Positions 24,000 through 36,229 of a stretch of DNA of 64,000 nucleotides are shown here, piece after piece. The notes under the pieces were generated by a model, which saw nothing but the letters and a program-made list of their open reading frames with translations, had not been told where the DNA came from and did no database searches. The DNA is from Dicyema japonicum (lineage: Eukaryota > Animalia > Dicyemida): the NCBI GenBank assembly GCA_011109175.1, contig RDEW01000035.1, positions 136,141 through 200,140 of the forward strand, read 5' to 3'. Every line of letters begins with the position of its first letter. The stretch's first letter is position 1. The position numbers and the translations under genes are program-made.

Positions 24000-24935
24000 A
24001 ACCCGTGACGAATTTCCAAATGATGTGAAGAAATGTGTCTTATGTCAGACCTAAAGGCTATCTGAGACGAGGCCTCCAATTACGGCAACCATTGCTGAAT
24101 ATCTGCGTGATAGATGATCTGATAGATCTTAGAAGATATTCCTGATTGAACAACGGATATTCTTGGGTATTTGTTCTTCATTTTATATTTAATTGTAATG
24201 GTCGATTCTTTTTCAAACTCTTATGGTAGATGAAGAAATATCTCACTAACAAAAAGCTAAACTAAACAGCTGAAGAAATATCTCAGATTTTCCATCAATT
24301 TGTTTATATCCATGGATCACCTATTATATTTCAAACAGAAAATGGTCTGGAGTTCAAAAACTCTTTTCTCAGGGATACATATTTTCGAAAGACCTCGAGC
24401 ACGTGGGTTAAAGGTCAGGTTGAGAGGTATAATTTATATAACAACGTATAGGTTAAATCAATCTCTAATAAATGGGGTTATCGTTTCAGCTATGAAGGAA
24501 CTCTTGAAAAATATAAGTGTAGACTTTGTGATATGTATTCATTACACCATTACAAATCATATGATAACAAAACATTATCCGTTCAACACATTTATGGGAG
24601 CTGATTACCCGCCACTAATTTCGGATGAATGATTGAATGATTTAATGCAGTATAAGAAGACTTTTCGTTGTCAAGGGACTCTGATCGAAGATATATTTTG
24701 TTAGCTTTGAAAAAGACTGCGTAAGAAAAGAAGCATGAAAATGATGAGGAATCATTGAATGTAGGAGATAGAGTTATTATACGGATGGATTGTGATTTCA
24801 ATCAATCAACAAAAAGGTGTTTTATATAGCACTTGGACACTACAATTTATCAAGTAGTGGATATATACTGCATGTAGATGGTGGTAACTTTCAAACAATG
24901 ATAGTCCACCAAAGCAGAATAAAAAGATTGTTTTA
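24000..24935 (+). pseudogene. Ginger/TDD-type DDE integrase (KRBA2/SCAND3-like), degraded, with a 25-nt intron at 24427-24451
   Basis: CVLCQ, RPPI, NGYSW, VDSF, HGSPIIFQTENGLEF, GQVER|LNQSL, H..TK.YPF; related pieces in reverse at ~28600-28870. Confidence 0.75.
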
Positions 24936-25074
24936 AATGTCTATTCTAGAAAAAATTTTTATCTTTTTTGGCTTAATGTGGAGATTAGAATTAGTTGTTG
25001 ATTAGGAATGAAAGTAGGTATTGATTATGGTTGAGACTACACTTAGGTATGTCTAGGGAACGGATTAGAGATTG

Positions 25075-25135
25075 ACAAGTGAAGGGATAGGGTTATGGTC
25101 AAGGTTTGGGTTAGGGATTAAAGTTAGGGTTAGAG
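25075..25135 (+). repeat. Degenerate (TTAGGG)-like patch
   Basis: GGGATAGGGTTATGG..GGTTTGGGTTAGGGATTAAAGTTAGGGTTAGAG. Confidence 0.45.
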
Positions 25136-26103
25136 ATATAGATTGACTATTGATAGGTAGCCAACTAATATAATCAATTTCCTCCTTTCGATAAGTTATC
25201 CATAAGCTTCAGCAAGATCAATGGTCTACAAGATCAATGGTCCAATAAATCCTGATGTTTCGACGCCGACTGGTTTAAAAATGAACTGTCCACCAAGACA
25301 GGACAATATGCCATTAATATTATTCCAAATAAGTATTTTTGTATTTATAGTTCAATAGAAATAAATATTATTTAATTCCTACAGGTACGTTGAAGTCCGT
25401 GGAAAAAACTGAGATGGCCAGAAAGAAGAGATAAAAAAAGCTTCTAGACAGGTTCACGTTCCGAATTGTCGTGGTTGAAATAACTGGATGAATTGCGAGA
25501 AATTGTTTCACTTTCCAAGAAGTATGGACGTCTGGTTACAATCAAAAGTCATGAAATACGTGAGGCACAGAGGCTTCTGCAGTTTGTCTCCGTCGTCGTA
25601 AGAGACGTCAATTAATCGACGGAGAGCATCTAACTATTTATTAAAAGTTATAATAAAAAGTTGTTTTCTCAAATTAATGCAATTGAATTGACGCCTGCTT
25701 TGTACACAAAACAAGATGTTTTCTGATTTTTTTACAGGCAATTAAAATAAATAATTTACAATCAAAGCAGTTAAGTACTAGTATAAATTAGTGGGTCAAT
25801 AATTCTTTTGATGGGACAGATAGTGGTTGAATTGATGATGAATTTGCATAATTACCGGTAAATAAATATTTTTGTTTATTAATAAGAAAAGTATAGCTTA
25901 CGGTATGCAAATCAGGTACCCTGGAAGAGCTGGTACGCTTATCACTTTTCAATAAGCCATAAATCTTTAAGGGTCGTACTCAGATACTCCAGTTCACAGA
26001 TTTCTTCCCATTTATGCTATTTGAAGAAAGACTGCCAGATTAACATGACACTCTAAAGTTAATTGTGGAAACTCTTTTAATAGAGTTACGAGGAGCACAT
26101 GAT

Positions 26104-27911
26104 ATTATTTCAGATCATCCTATGACTGAGATTCCTACCTTGAATGTCGGCTCTTGAAGGCAAATTTGTTAATTTCACGATGATTGACGATGTCGAAACC
26201 TATATCTTGAAGAATGTTGGCGAATTTTGCACATGTGAATGTCAAATGATACTCCAAAATTTGAAGTTATCGCATTGGTGAGTACATTTTTTCACAGATT
26301 AATAGAATTGATGGTGGAGAATAGGTCTAGCAAACTGTGTAGCAATCTCAACTATAGTTTTGTGATCTCTCATCCTCGCTGTTTTCACAATCTATTAAAA
26401 TGTATTTCCAAATCACTAACTTTTGATTTTCGGAAATACAATCCCGAAGCCGGGTGGCTTAGTGGTTAGGTGTGGGGCTTAAGTGGCGTAGGCTACGGGT
26501 TCGAATCTCGCTGCTGTTCATCTGGTGGAAGGTTCCACGCATCTACGATGCAGAAATGGTTTGACGAGTGACGCCGTCATCAGTGAATACTCACTGCGGA
26601 ACTGGATTTGTCTAGAAAGGACACTCACACAAGAAAAAGAAAAAAAAAGAAGTGAAGATCATTCCTTGGTTCTACGATTAGTTAAAATTAACTGTTCTTT
26701 ACTTAAATAAAGTGTGTGTCCTGCCTATGCGGAGCTATAAAATACTATGGCTCTCGTGAAAAGGCTTTATTATTATTAATCCCGAAAATCGCTTATCCAA
26801 GTCTTCGTTCCGATATAGTGCATTATAGAGAGGACGAATGATCTGGACACACTTACGTTAGTCCATTTTTGAGTAAATAATCGTCCAGAATTAGGTGGAG
26901 TATTCATCTGAAATATAATAGGCACCGGATAGGCGAGGTAAAACCACAGCAGATAGTTGCGGAGTCATAAGGTGCAATCTGTAGTAGAGAACACCAGGGT
27001 CCAAATTAAGGTAGACAGTGTTATCCGTACCTCGGTGCTAGTCAAGCACAATAAACCGGACATTGTGGTACACGATAAGGAGTCTGGCCAAGTCCCTATC
27101 ATAGAGGTTGGCATTGCGTCTTCAATCGATCAATGAAATAGCATTCGTCCACGTAAATAATTACTGTCTTATTATTAAGTCAATAATCACCATGATATTA
27201 ACAATTTCTACGGGAAGGCCATCAGCAGATCCCATCCTCTCTTAATATTGACCATATTTTTTATGATGTTTCTCTCTCTTCAAAAATACAGTAGTAGTCT
27301 GCAGAGGAAAGTGCTTTTTAAGGGAAACAGCTTTTGCTCAAACAGCACGACAGTGGATGGTAACCATATGGATCGATCAAACGTCCTCGGCAACATCTTC
27401 GCTCAGCACTTACTTTAAGGTCAAAATGGATGGAGGGTTGTATTCTCACTTCTTCGATTCTTTTGTTGATCAACACTTTTATTTATAAATTCGAGTATTC
27501 GATGTCTCTTTAGTCTTCAAGAGACGAAGGAAGACACGGACTTTACCCATCATTATGCCACGTCGACTGTATTCGTATAAAAGAACAATATTAACAACAA
27601 ACACACAGATGCACTCAACTTTAATATCAAATAGAATAAATAAAATATTTCGTATAAAAGAATAATGGTAACAACGAGCACACAAATATACACTCAGATT
27701 TGGAGTTTATTAAATAGATATGAGGAATATTGTACATTTTGTATAGATAGTCTCGATAGTTAAGCATTATTGGGTATAAAGAAAGCTTAATTGACTCAAA
27801 TGCATTATTTCTGAATGTGCGTTATGTGAATGGAAATAATCGACAAATATTCAAAATATGTTAGGCGGAGTCTATTTTTAGAATTTTCTATTGTTTTATG
27901 TATATTTTCAC
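26104..27911 (+). repeat. Near-identical duplicate of 27914-28357 plus 31070-32070 (probable second haplotype or recent tandem duplication)
   Basis: Direct sequence identity on both sides of the N at 27913. Confidence 0.88.
26449..26777 (+). mobile_element. Full-length tRNA-derived SINE with RTE-derived tail
   Basis: A box TGGCTTAGTGG, B box GGTTCGAATC, core, internal A-tract, (TTA)n end; 9-bp TSD AATCCCGAA (26440-26448, 26778-26786); empty site at 28243-28251. Confidence 0.95.
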
Positions 27912-29269
27912 GNATTATTTCAGATCATCCTATGACTGAGATTCCTACTTTGAATGTCGGCTCTTGAAGGCAAATTTGTTAATTTCACGATGATTGACGA
28001 TGTCGAAACCTATATCTTGAGAAATGTTGGCGAATTTTGCACATGTGTATGTCAAATGATACCCCAAGATTTGAAGTTATCGCATTGGTGAGTATCACAG
28101 ATTAATAGAATTGATGGTGGAGAATAGGTCTAGCAAACTGTGTAGCAATCTCAACTGCAGTTTTGTGAGCTCTCATCCTCGCTATTTTCACAATCTATTA
28201 AAATGTATTTTTAAATTACTAACTTTTGATTTTCGGAAATACAATCCCGAAAATCGCTTATCCAAGTCTTCGTTCCGCTATAGTGCATTACAGAGAGGAC
28301 GAATCATCTGGACAAACTTACGTTAGTCCATTTTTGAGTAAATAATCGTCCAGAATTATATTTTGTTTGGAAAACAGACTTTCATCTGTTACTACTATCA
28401 TTCCTTCACCACCGTTAATTAAACAGATTTTATCATAATGAAATGCTTATGCGAAATACTTTGTAATATTATCTCTTTGATGAGACAAATTTTGAATTTG
28501 CATAACTTTTTCTTAACTCACACATGTTTTTGACAATTTAAGAATTCAACGTGAGACTTAAGTATATAAAATATTCATTATTCACTCTAGAAAAAAATTA
28601 AATTTTTGTTGACAGTCGTTTTATTCTGCCTCGAAGGACTACCATGTTTTGTAAGTTACCACCGTCTATGTGCACCATTTACTGTTATATGTCCACTACT
28701 TCAGTCTCGACAACTAGCAATTGGGCAAATCTTCAAATGAACTTTCTGGAAAGCGACGTATGAAGAAATCAATTTTTTAATACTCGAGTATCTGGCGCAA
28801 CTCTTACTTGTTCAACCTGAACTTTAACACCATGTGAGAAATAAAATAATTTTTTTAATTTCAAATTACAAAGGGAACTTAAAGTAACAGTTAACAACTG
28901 CTGGCTGTTCCGTCCGGTCTTCGGTTGGCTTGAAAAGTCAAAGTGACTCCAATTAGACAGGAAATCCAACAGCCTCAATCCTCAAGCAATAATTCCGTTG
29001 ATTGTCGCGTGTCTAGGACTCCTTACGGCACTCCTCCGGCAGTGTGTCATTTTAAATATTAATAATGTTTTTGATGATTAAAATCAACGAAAATTAATAA
29101 AGAGCCGCTCTATTGATTTGAGTTGCTTTTAGCTACTTTAAAATATCAACTATTTTAACAAAAAATTGCAGCATTCAACTCAGAAAATTCTGAATTTTAC
29201 ACTGTACTAGTTTTTTTCGTTCTAGTTAAGTTCCACGTAGGGATGGTGATAATAAATACAGTTAACCCT

Positions 29270-29740
29270 CTAGAAACATTGAAAATGACAGAATTATTCT
29301 CTAGAAACATTGAAAATTATCTTCTAGAAAACATTGAAAATACTAAGAGGATATAAGGAAAATATTTAAAATTCTAATAAGAGGCAATTGGGAATTAAAT
29401 AAATCTTTTTATTAAGGAAAATAAAGAGAGTAAACGATTATATAGTGGGTGCCTTGACTGTGTGGTTATTTCAAATCAGGATGGCGAACGAGATTTGCTC
29501 AAATAACCAGCAACGCTCACGAGGATCTCCTGTTTGTGTGATATGATTCCCTAGACGACTCAAGAATTGAGCGTAGCAGGCGCAAGGGAACCAAACTTCT
29601 CAACGGCGATTGGAACAAACAAAAAATCCTTGGGTAGGATTGGAATTGAGTATTACTTTAAAATAATTTATTGGAAATTGAGTAATACTTTGATAAAATT
29701 TAATTAATTTTTGTTTTCTTGGTTAAAAATATTATTTTCC
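29270..29740 (+). mobile_element. Tigger 3' fragment containing a short minus-strand CRE insertion (~29400-29640)
   Basis: Matches 45020-45197; CRE piece flanked by TTG(G)GAATT on both sides. Confidence 0.7.
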
Positions 29741-30985
29741 TTATTATTATATTATTTAAGCACTTCACAAGAGCCATACTAATTATAGCCCCGCATGTGC
29801 AGCAAAAGAAACAAGGTTAGATGTCATTTTCCATGCTCCCCTGTTCCTAGCCAAGGCTCTCATGCTGTTCAGGTCGTCGGCATTTGTTAGGTTTTTTTTG
29901 ATACTGACCAGGTCTTTTTGTAAGACTATTGGCAGTGTTGTTCTTGGTTTCCCCGATAGCGGCCTTCTTGACTAACATAGTATGTTTCCATAGATATGTT
30001 CGGTGGGGAAGTTAATTCCATCCTCAGCACGTGTCCGAAGAGCCTCCATCGGGATTCCAGTACTTCTAAGCTGATAGGTCTAGTGCTGCATCTCTTATAT
30101 AAAGCATTCCTAGATATTCTCGTAGGCCAAGTAGTTCCTGTTATTTTTCTCAGCTGACCTCTGTGGAACGAGTCTAGTTTTTTCATATCCGCTGATGAGG
30201 TCGCCCAATTCCAGCGTTATATAAAAGTACGGGTTTTATGAATGAGTCGTATAGTAGGATTCTCATTTTCGTGTCGATGCCTTTTTGATTGAGCCATAAA
30301 TTCTTCAGTTTATATAACGCAGCATTGGCTAGAGTTTTCCTACGTAAAATATCTTCGCTATCTCCCAAGAGTGAACCGAGTTTCTTTACTTGTCGCCACT
30401 TCTCTTCTAGGACGTTACTCATCCTTCTTATCTCTGTGAGTTCTGTTTTTTCTCTGTTCACAGTAAGAAACCATTTCCCTAGTACATCTGGTGCTTTTTC
30501 TAATAGGTTTTCTAAGACCTCTTTGTCTTCAGAAATTAGGTCTACATCGTCCGCGTAGATTACTTCTTCCGTCTTTCCTTGGTATGACGGTCTAAGTTCC
30601 CTCATAGCGGCTTCCAAATAAATTGTGAATAGTAGAGGAGAAAGAGAGTCTCCTTGTGGAGTGCCCGTATTTGTTTCAAATTTTCTTGAATAGGTTTTTC
30701 CGACTCTCACAAGGAGCTCAGTGTTAGAAAGTAGAATTCGGATCATCCTTAGACTCGATTCATCAAGAAATCCGCCCAGTACCCCCATTAATTTGTTCCT
30801 GTTAACCGTATCAAAAGCTCTTGATAGATCAATTCCCAAAATATTGGTGGCGTTACGGTATCTTTGATATGTTGCACACCTCCATCTGTGACTCCAGACC
30901 GCATCAGCTGTGGATCTCCCTTCTCGAAAACCACTTTGACTATCTGGTAGGTATTTGTAAGCAGGTCCTTTTATTCGTTCATGTT
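29741..30985 (-). mobile_element. 5'-truncated RTE LINE with intact 3' tail
   Basis: SQSGFREGRSTAD, GIDLSRAFD, GTPQGDSLSP, YADD, KKLGSLLG, RWRLFGHV; tail GCGGGGCTATA..TATGGCTC..GTGCTT(AAT)n. Confidence 0.9.
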
Positions 30986-32228
30986 TCCTTATAAATAAAA
31001 TTAATTAATTTAAATTTTTTAATTATCTTAAATAAATTCTTCATCAGTTTTGTAGTGGCTGTGATGAATAGGTGGAGTATTTATCTGAAATATAATAGGC
31101 ACCGGATAGGCGAGGTAAAACCACAGCAGATAGTTTGGGAGTCATAAGGTGCAATATGTAGTAGAGAACACCAGGTAGACAGTGTTATCCGTACCTCGGT
31201 GCTAGTCAAGCACAATAAACCGGACATTGTGGTACACGATAAGGAGTATGGCCAAGTCCCTATCATAGAGGTTGGCATTGCGTCTTCAATCGATCAATGA
31301 AATAGCAATCGTCCACGTAAATGATTACTGTCTTATTATTAAGTCAATAATCACCATGATATTAACTATTTCTACGGGAAGGCCATCAGCAGATCCATCC
31401 TCTCTTAATATTGACCATATTTTTTATGATGTTTCTCTCTCTTCAAAAATACAGTAGTAGTCTGCAGAGGAAAGTGCTTTTTAGGAGGAAACAGCCTTGC
31501 TCAAACAGCACAACAGTGGATGGTAACCATATGGATCGATCAAACGTCCTCGGCAACATCTTCGCTCAGCACTTACTTTAAGGTCAAAATGGATGGAGGG
31601 TGTATTCTCACTTCTTCGATTCTTTTGTTGATCAACACTTTTATTTATAAATTCGAGTATTCGATGTCTCTTTAGTCTTCAAGAGACGAAGGAAGACACG
31701 GACTTTACCCATCATTAAGCCACGTCGACTGTATTCGTATAAAAGAACAATATTAACAACAAACACACAGATACACTCAACTTTAATATCAAATAGAATA
31801 AAATATTTAGTATAAAAGAATAATGGTAACAACGAGCACACAAATATACACTCAGATTTGGAGTTTATTAAATAGATATGAGGAATATTGTACTTTTTGT
31901 ATAGACAGTCTCGATAGTTAAGCATATATTGGGTATAAAGAAGGCTTAATTGACTCAAATGCATTATTTCTGAATGTGCGTTATGTGAATGGAAATAATC
32001 GACAAATATTCAAAATATGTTAGGTGGAGTCTATTTTTAGAATTTTCTATTGTTTTATGTATATTTTCACTGAATCTCTAATTATAATCTCAGAGTTAGG
32101 GAGAAAGTAGTGAAACAATAAATAACTATGAAATGTGGAAAATTAAATGATCAAAGAAAATAGAAAAAATTAAAGTTTATTAATGCTACTAATTAAACTT
32201 TTTCCACTATCTTTCCTCTTTCTGCTTT

Positions 32229-33340
32229 TCATGTGTTCAAATAAACAGATATTATCTGAACGTTTTCGTATTTTACTAATTCTAAATTATTAATCAAGAA
32301 TACAATATGAGGAAGAGTGTTGTAAGCAATACGATCAAACTGATACCCGTAATTATCCATACAATTAAATGTTTGATAACAACCATTCTTAACCCCATTT
32401 TGAGTGGTTTGCGAGTCATTCGAGGCATTCAAAGCCAACTTCTCTGACTTAAACGAATTGCGTCTTATTAAATCTTCCCCAATCATATGATTGTCTATGT
32501 TTTTTGAGGGTTGACGAGCTGAAATAGATTTCGATAGATTTTTTGTAGAGTTTTGAATTGACCTCGATAATTCCACTGTAGTTGTTTGTCTTGTTGAAAG
32601 TGTTTCAGTTGGTTTTGTAGGTTTTATAGTCGCTGTAGATGATTCACTCGTTGTAGTTACTGATCTTGTGGGTTGGAATGATTCAGTTGAGTTTGTAGGT
32701 TCTAATTCGCTGTAGATGTTTCAAGAGTAGAAGTTGACTCGGTACTTTTTGGATCAAAAATTGTAGAAATTTTACTTGAATTAGCTTTCTCTGACTTAGT
32801 TCCCGTTGTTAATGTAGAAATATTCGATGAGTACGTTGATTTTTAAAACCCAACAGGTCTAGGCAGGGCTGGAATTTTAGGTGGCAATCCTATAAATTCA
32901 AAAGTGAAATAACTGTATTGGCAGATAAATCCATGTTTAATATTGTTTGGTTCACAAATACATCGAGATATTAGCCATTTTGATTTTTTTCTTTAATACA
33001 ACGGCAAGGATTTATTATGTACTTGTAGCGTCCTATTATCTTGTCTATATAATAAATTTTTGTATTTGAATTTAATTTTGTTAATAAGTCCGTGATGGAC
33101 GTAAAAACATTTTCATTGTTTACTATTGCCTGAAAATAAGATCAAAATTACAAGCAATCCTCCTTCACTTAAGCATGAGTGAAATGATTCATGATAATTA
33201 AAAGTACTTTCTTTCACAGAATAGCATTTTCCATCAATTTCCAAATCTCCTGAAGGGTTACTGAAGTAGTTAGGACATTGACAAGAAACTATAATAAAAA
33301 CTAAAACAACCAGCAATATTAATGCTTGAAAAGCAATCAT
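32229..33340 (-). CDS. Signal peptide + C-type lectin domain + Ser/Thr/Pro-rich mucin stalk; introns 33130-33151 and 32890-32913; some lesions; 3' end uncertain
   Basis: MIAFQALILLVVLVFIIVSCQCP..GKCY..ESFHSCLSEGGLL|AIV..KW..RC..GFICQ, then a T/S-rich repeat region. Confidence 0.72.
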
Positions 33341-33709
33341 TAATAGTTCGATGACATTTTGTTATAAATTCTAATATTATTTTTATTTTTTCTATTTTAT
33401 ATATTATTTTAAAAATAACATATTTTATTTTATTTATCAACAAATCTAAAAATCTTGTTTCTTATTTATTAATGATCTATCATTATTTAACGTTTGTCAT
33501 TTTATTTTATATGTATGATATGCCATTAACCTTCGATCAGTTATTACTTTATTTAATTTTATTAAAATAGACATTATTATAAGATATATAGTTATAATTA
33601 ATATTAAATGACCTTTGACCTTGGTTTACCAGAAGAATACATTCTTTACTACTATTGCCAGATAATCACAAATTATACATCTTTTCCTCGCATGGTTATG
33701 TTCGTCTTT

Positions 33710-34160
33710 ATTATTATCAAAAGCACTTTCACAGAACCAAAGAACGTTACATTAACTAAAGTCCCGTTTGCTTCACTAGGCGTCTACTTTGTGCATCTGT
33801 CCGTAATCTTATAGGTCTCTCATATTTAAGTTTTCTTCCAATCCATTAAGATCCTTGTTTAGAGCCACTGGTAGAGTGACTTTGGGTCTTCCTCTGAACG
33901 ATGGTTTGTTCTCATTGTTAAAGTAATTGTCCATTATTATATTTGCAGGGGCGTTTATGTCTATTCTAAGCACGTGCCCAAACAGTCTCAATCTTGATTC
34001 AATAATGTCAATGCTTATTGGCCACGATTGTGCCACAGAGTATAATTTCTTATTTGAAATCTTTTTGGGGCAACCTAGACCCATTAAATTGCGTAATTGT
34101 TTTCGATGAAATATATTCATTTTTCTTGAGCTCTAGCTCCTTGACCCCATGTACCCCAGT
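33710..34160 (-). mobile_element. RTE 3' fragment
   Basis: FHRKQLR..ISNKKLY..RLRLFGHVLR..RGRPKVTLP. Confidence 0.75.
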
Positions 34161-34194
34161 GTGAAGATCATTCGACATGTGTTGAAAAAACTGA

Positions 34195-34790
34195 CAGTTA
34201 ACAACTGCTGAATGCTCTCATAATTGAGGAAATATTTCTCCTGACGATTTGCAAGGGAATGCGGTAAATGAACCAACTACTTTTTCTCCTATAATTTTTT
34301 TCCTGGCTATGAGCGAGCCAATTCTGTTTAGCAGGGCCAGTGACCTGTTTCTTATGATTCCTGGCGTTTCTACGGAGACTAGTTAAAAATGAACTGTCCA
34401 CCAAGACATGCGTATTTCTTATCTTTAGGATCTCAGCCTTCTCCGAAGGAGAGCCTGGGTTAGTTACTGTCGTTACAAGGTTGGAAAGAGAGAGGCTATC
34501 GACACAGGTGGCGTCCCATGCAAGGTATATTCCGCTTTCCAATGAAAAGAGAGAAGTCCGTCCGGTCTTTGGTTGGCTGGGACGAGTCCTAGGGACCAGA
34601 CTGCCCGAGCCATGCATTTCAATGGTTCAGCGTCCGATCGGTTAAATTAGCGTAGGATCTGGCGTGTGAGACCACTGGAAGCATATGTCGAAGATAGAAA
34701 GGCCGGAAGGGCGAGTTCTAGTGGTGAGCGTATTCCGATTCCTCCGTAGCGAAGAGGTAGTTTGCATTAGCCAGTTTTATCAAAAGGAAT
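34195..34790 (-). mobile_element. CRE 3' remnant with internal deletion
   Basis: LPLRYGGIGIR, LAWDATCVDS, AEILK, WFIYRI. Confidence 0.7.
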
Positions 34791-35206
34791 GTTGAGCGTT
34801 TTTTCAATGGCTGTATATTTGATTAACCAAATTTACAATATTCACATTTTCAAACAAAATCATTTTTTTGCTTTTCGTAGCAAATATGACATTTTTACTT
34901 TGAATGAACGCCGTCTTTGATTCAGTGCCTTTAAAACCTTTTGATTTTATTTCTCATCTCTTTTCTTAACGGACATATGGGAGGTCAGAAGCATGAAGTT
35001 TCTAAATTGGCATACTATTATACATGCAATAGTCTGAATTCAAATCCTGAATAACCCAATTATAGTGGTACTTTGATTATAAAATGCATGCTCTGCGAAG
35101 AACGACATGATTATTTGTTTATTTTCAAATATGTCGCGAGCGCTGAGAGTGATCCATCAATGTCAAAAATAAAATAATCTATTATATCAAAGTTAACAAA
35201 AATGCT

Positions 35207-35840
35207 CGACAAATTCTTATCGGGAAAAAGATCTTATAAATTCTTATCGCCTGGACAAAGCGGTTTCAGGGAAAAAAGATCAACCGCCGACATAGTATGG
35301 ACGCACAGATGGTCTGGCGCTATATGTCAGAAATACAAAAAATGCAATAAAAGTTCTGGGGATCGACATGAGTCGTGCATTCGACTCTGTACACAGGGGA
35401 CTACTTATTAACATTCTGAATACATTTCTAGACACGGATGATGTTAGAATTATTTCCTTGCTCCTAGAAGATACTCACCTGGCTGTCAAAATCGGAAATA
35501 CCGCTTCCAATTTTTTTAAAACCACTCGGGGAGTTCCACAAGGGGATTCGTTGTCTCCTATTCTATTTATTATTTATCTTGAGGCTGCACTGAGGGATTT
35601 CAGATTATCCATTAAAGGACAATATTATGAGTTGATTTACGCAGACGATCTGGACTTTGTATCGGATGATTCTGAATTTCTCAAGTATACATAAACGACT
35701 CCTCGATGAACTAAGAGATCTTGCGGAACGGAGAGGCCTTTGGATGTGATTGGTGCAAAGGGTGGCCGGCGCGGCACAAGGGAACCTTAATTGACTTTTG
35801 TTTTTTTATGTGTTCTCGGCAGTGCTGATAATAATAATAA
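35207..35840 (+). mobile_element. 5'-truncated, internally deleted RTE
   Basis: TSD TAACAAAAATGCT (35194-35206, 35841-35853); QSGFR, DMSRAFD, GVPQGDSLSP, YADD, then a jump at ~35695 to the C-terminus and (TAA)n tail. Confidence 0.85.
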
Positions 35841-35853
35841 TAACAAAAATGCT

Positions 35854-36128
35854 AAGCACTTCTGCGTTGACATAAGCACGTAAAATTCCTAGGGTTTCGC
35901 TGGTGCAGAACACACACTTTATTTAAGTAAATTAATAGATTAGAGGGAGAACCAAGGAATGCTCTTCACTTTTTTGTTTTCTTTTTTTTGGCTGTATGTC
36001 CCTTTAGACTATCCAGTTCCACAGTGAATCTCCACTGATGACGGCGTCACTCGTCAAGCCCTTTTAAACTTCCACCAGGTGAACAGTAGAGAGATTCGAA
36101 CCCGTCACCTAAACACTGCGACACCGGC
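35854..36128 (-). mobile_element. SINE subfamily 2 (same head and core, different tail)
   Basis: GCCGG start, GGTTCGAATC, TTGACGAGTGACGCCGTCATCAGTG core, A-tract, divergent 3' end. Confidence 0.8.
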
Positions 36129-36229
36129 TACAAAAGTGCAAATTAAATATTATTTTCAATGATATCGATTTTTTGTCGTTGTGAATGAACCACTCCCATC
36201 TTTCTATTCATTTTTTAATAATCGAGAGG

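Noticed and set aside
26449-26520. tRNA gene
   Set aside because: A and B boxes are present but no complete cloverleaf forms; it is the SINE head within a TSD-flanked insertion
27180-27560. Kinesin motor remnant (KVRVFLRL, YGQ) on the minus strand
   Set aside because: No GxxxxGKT P-loop or switch motifs; too weak
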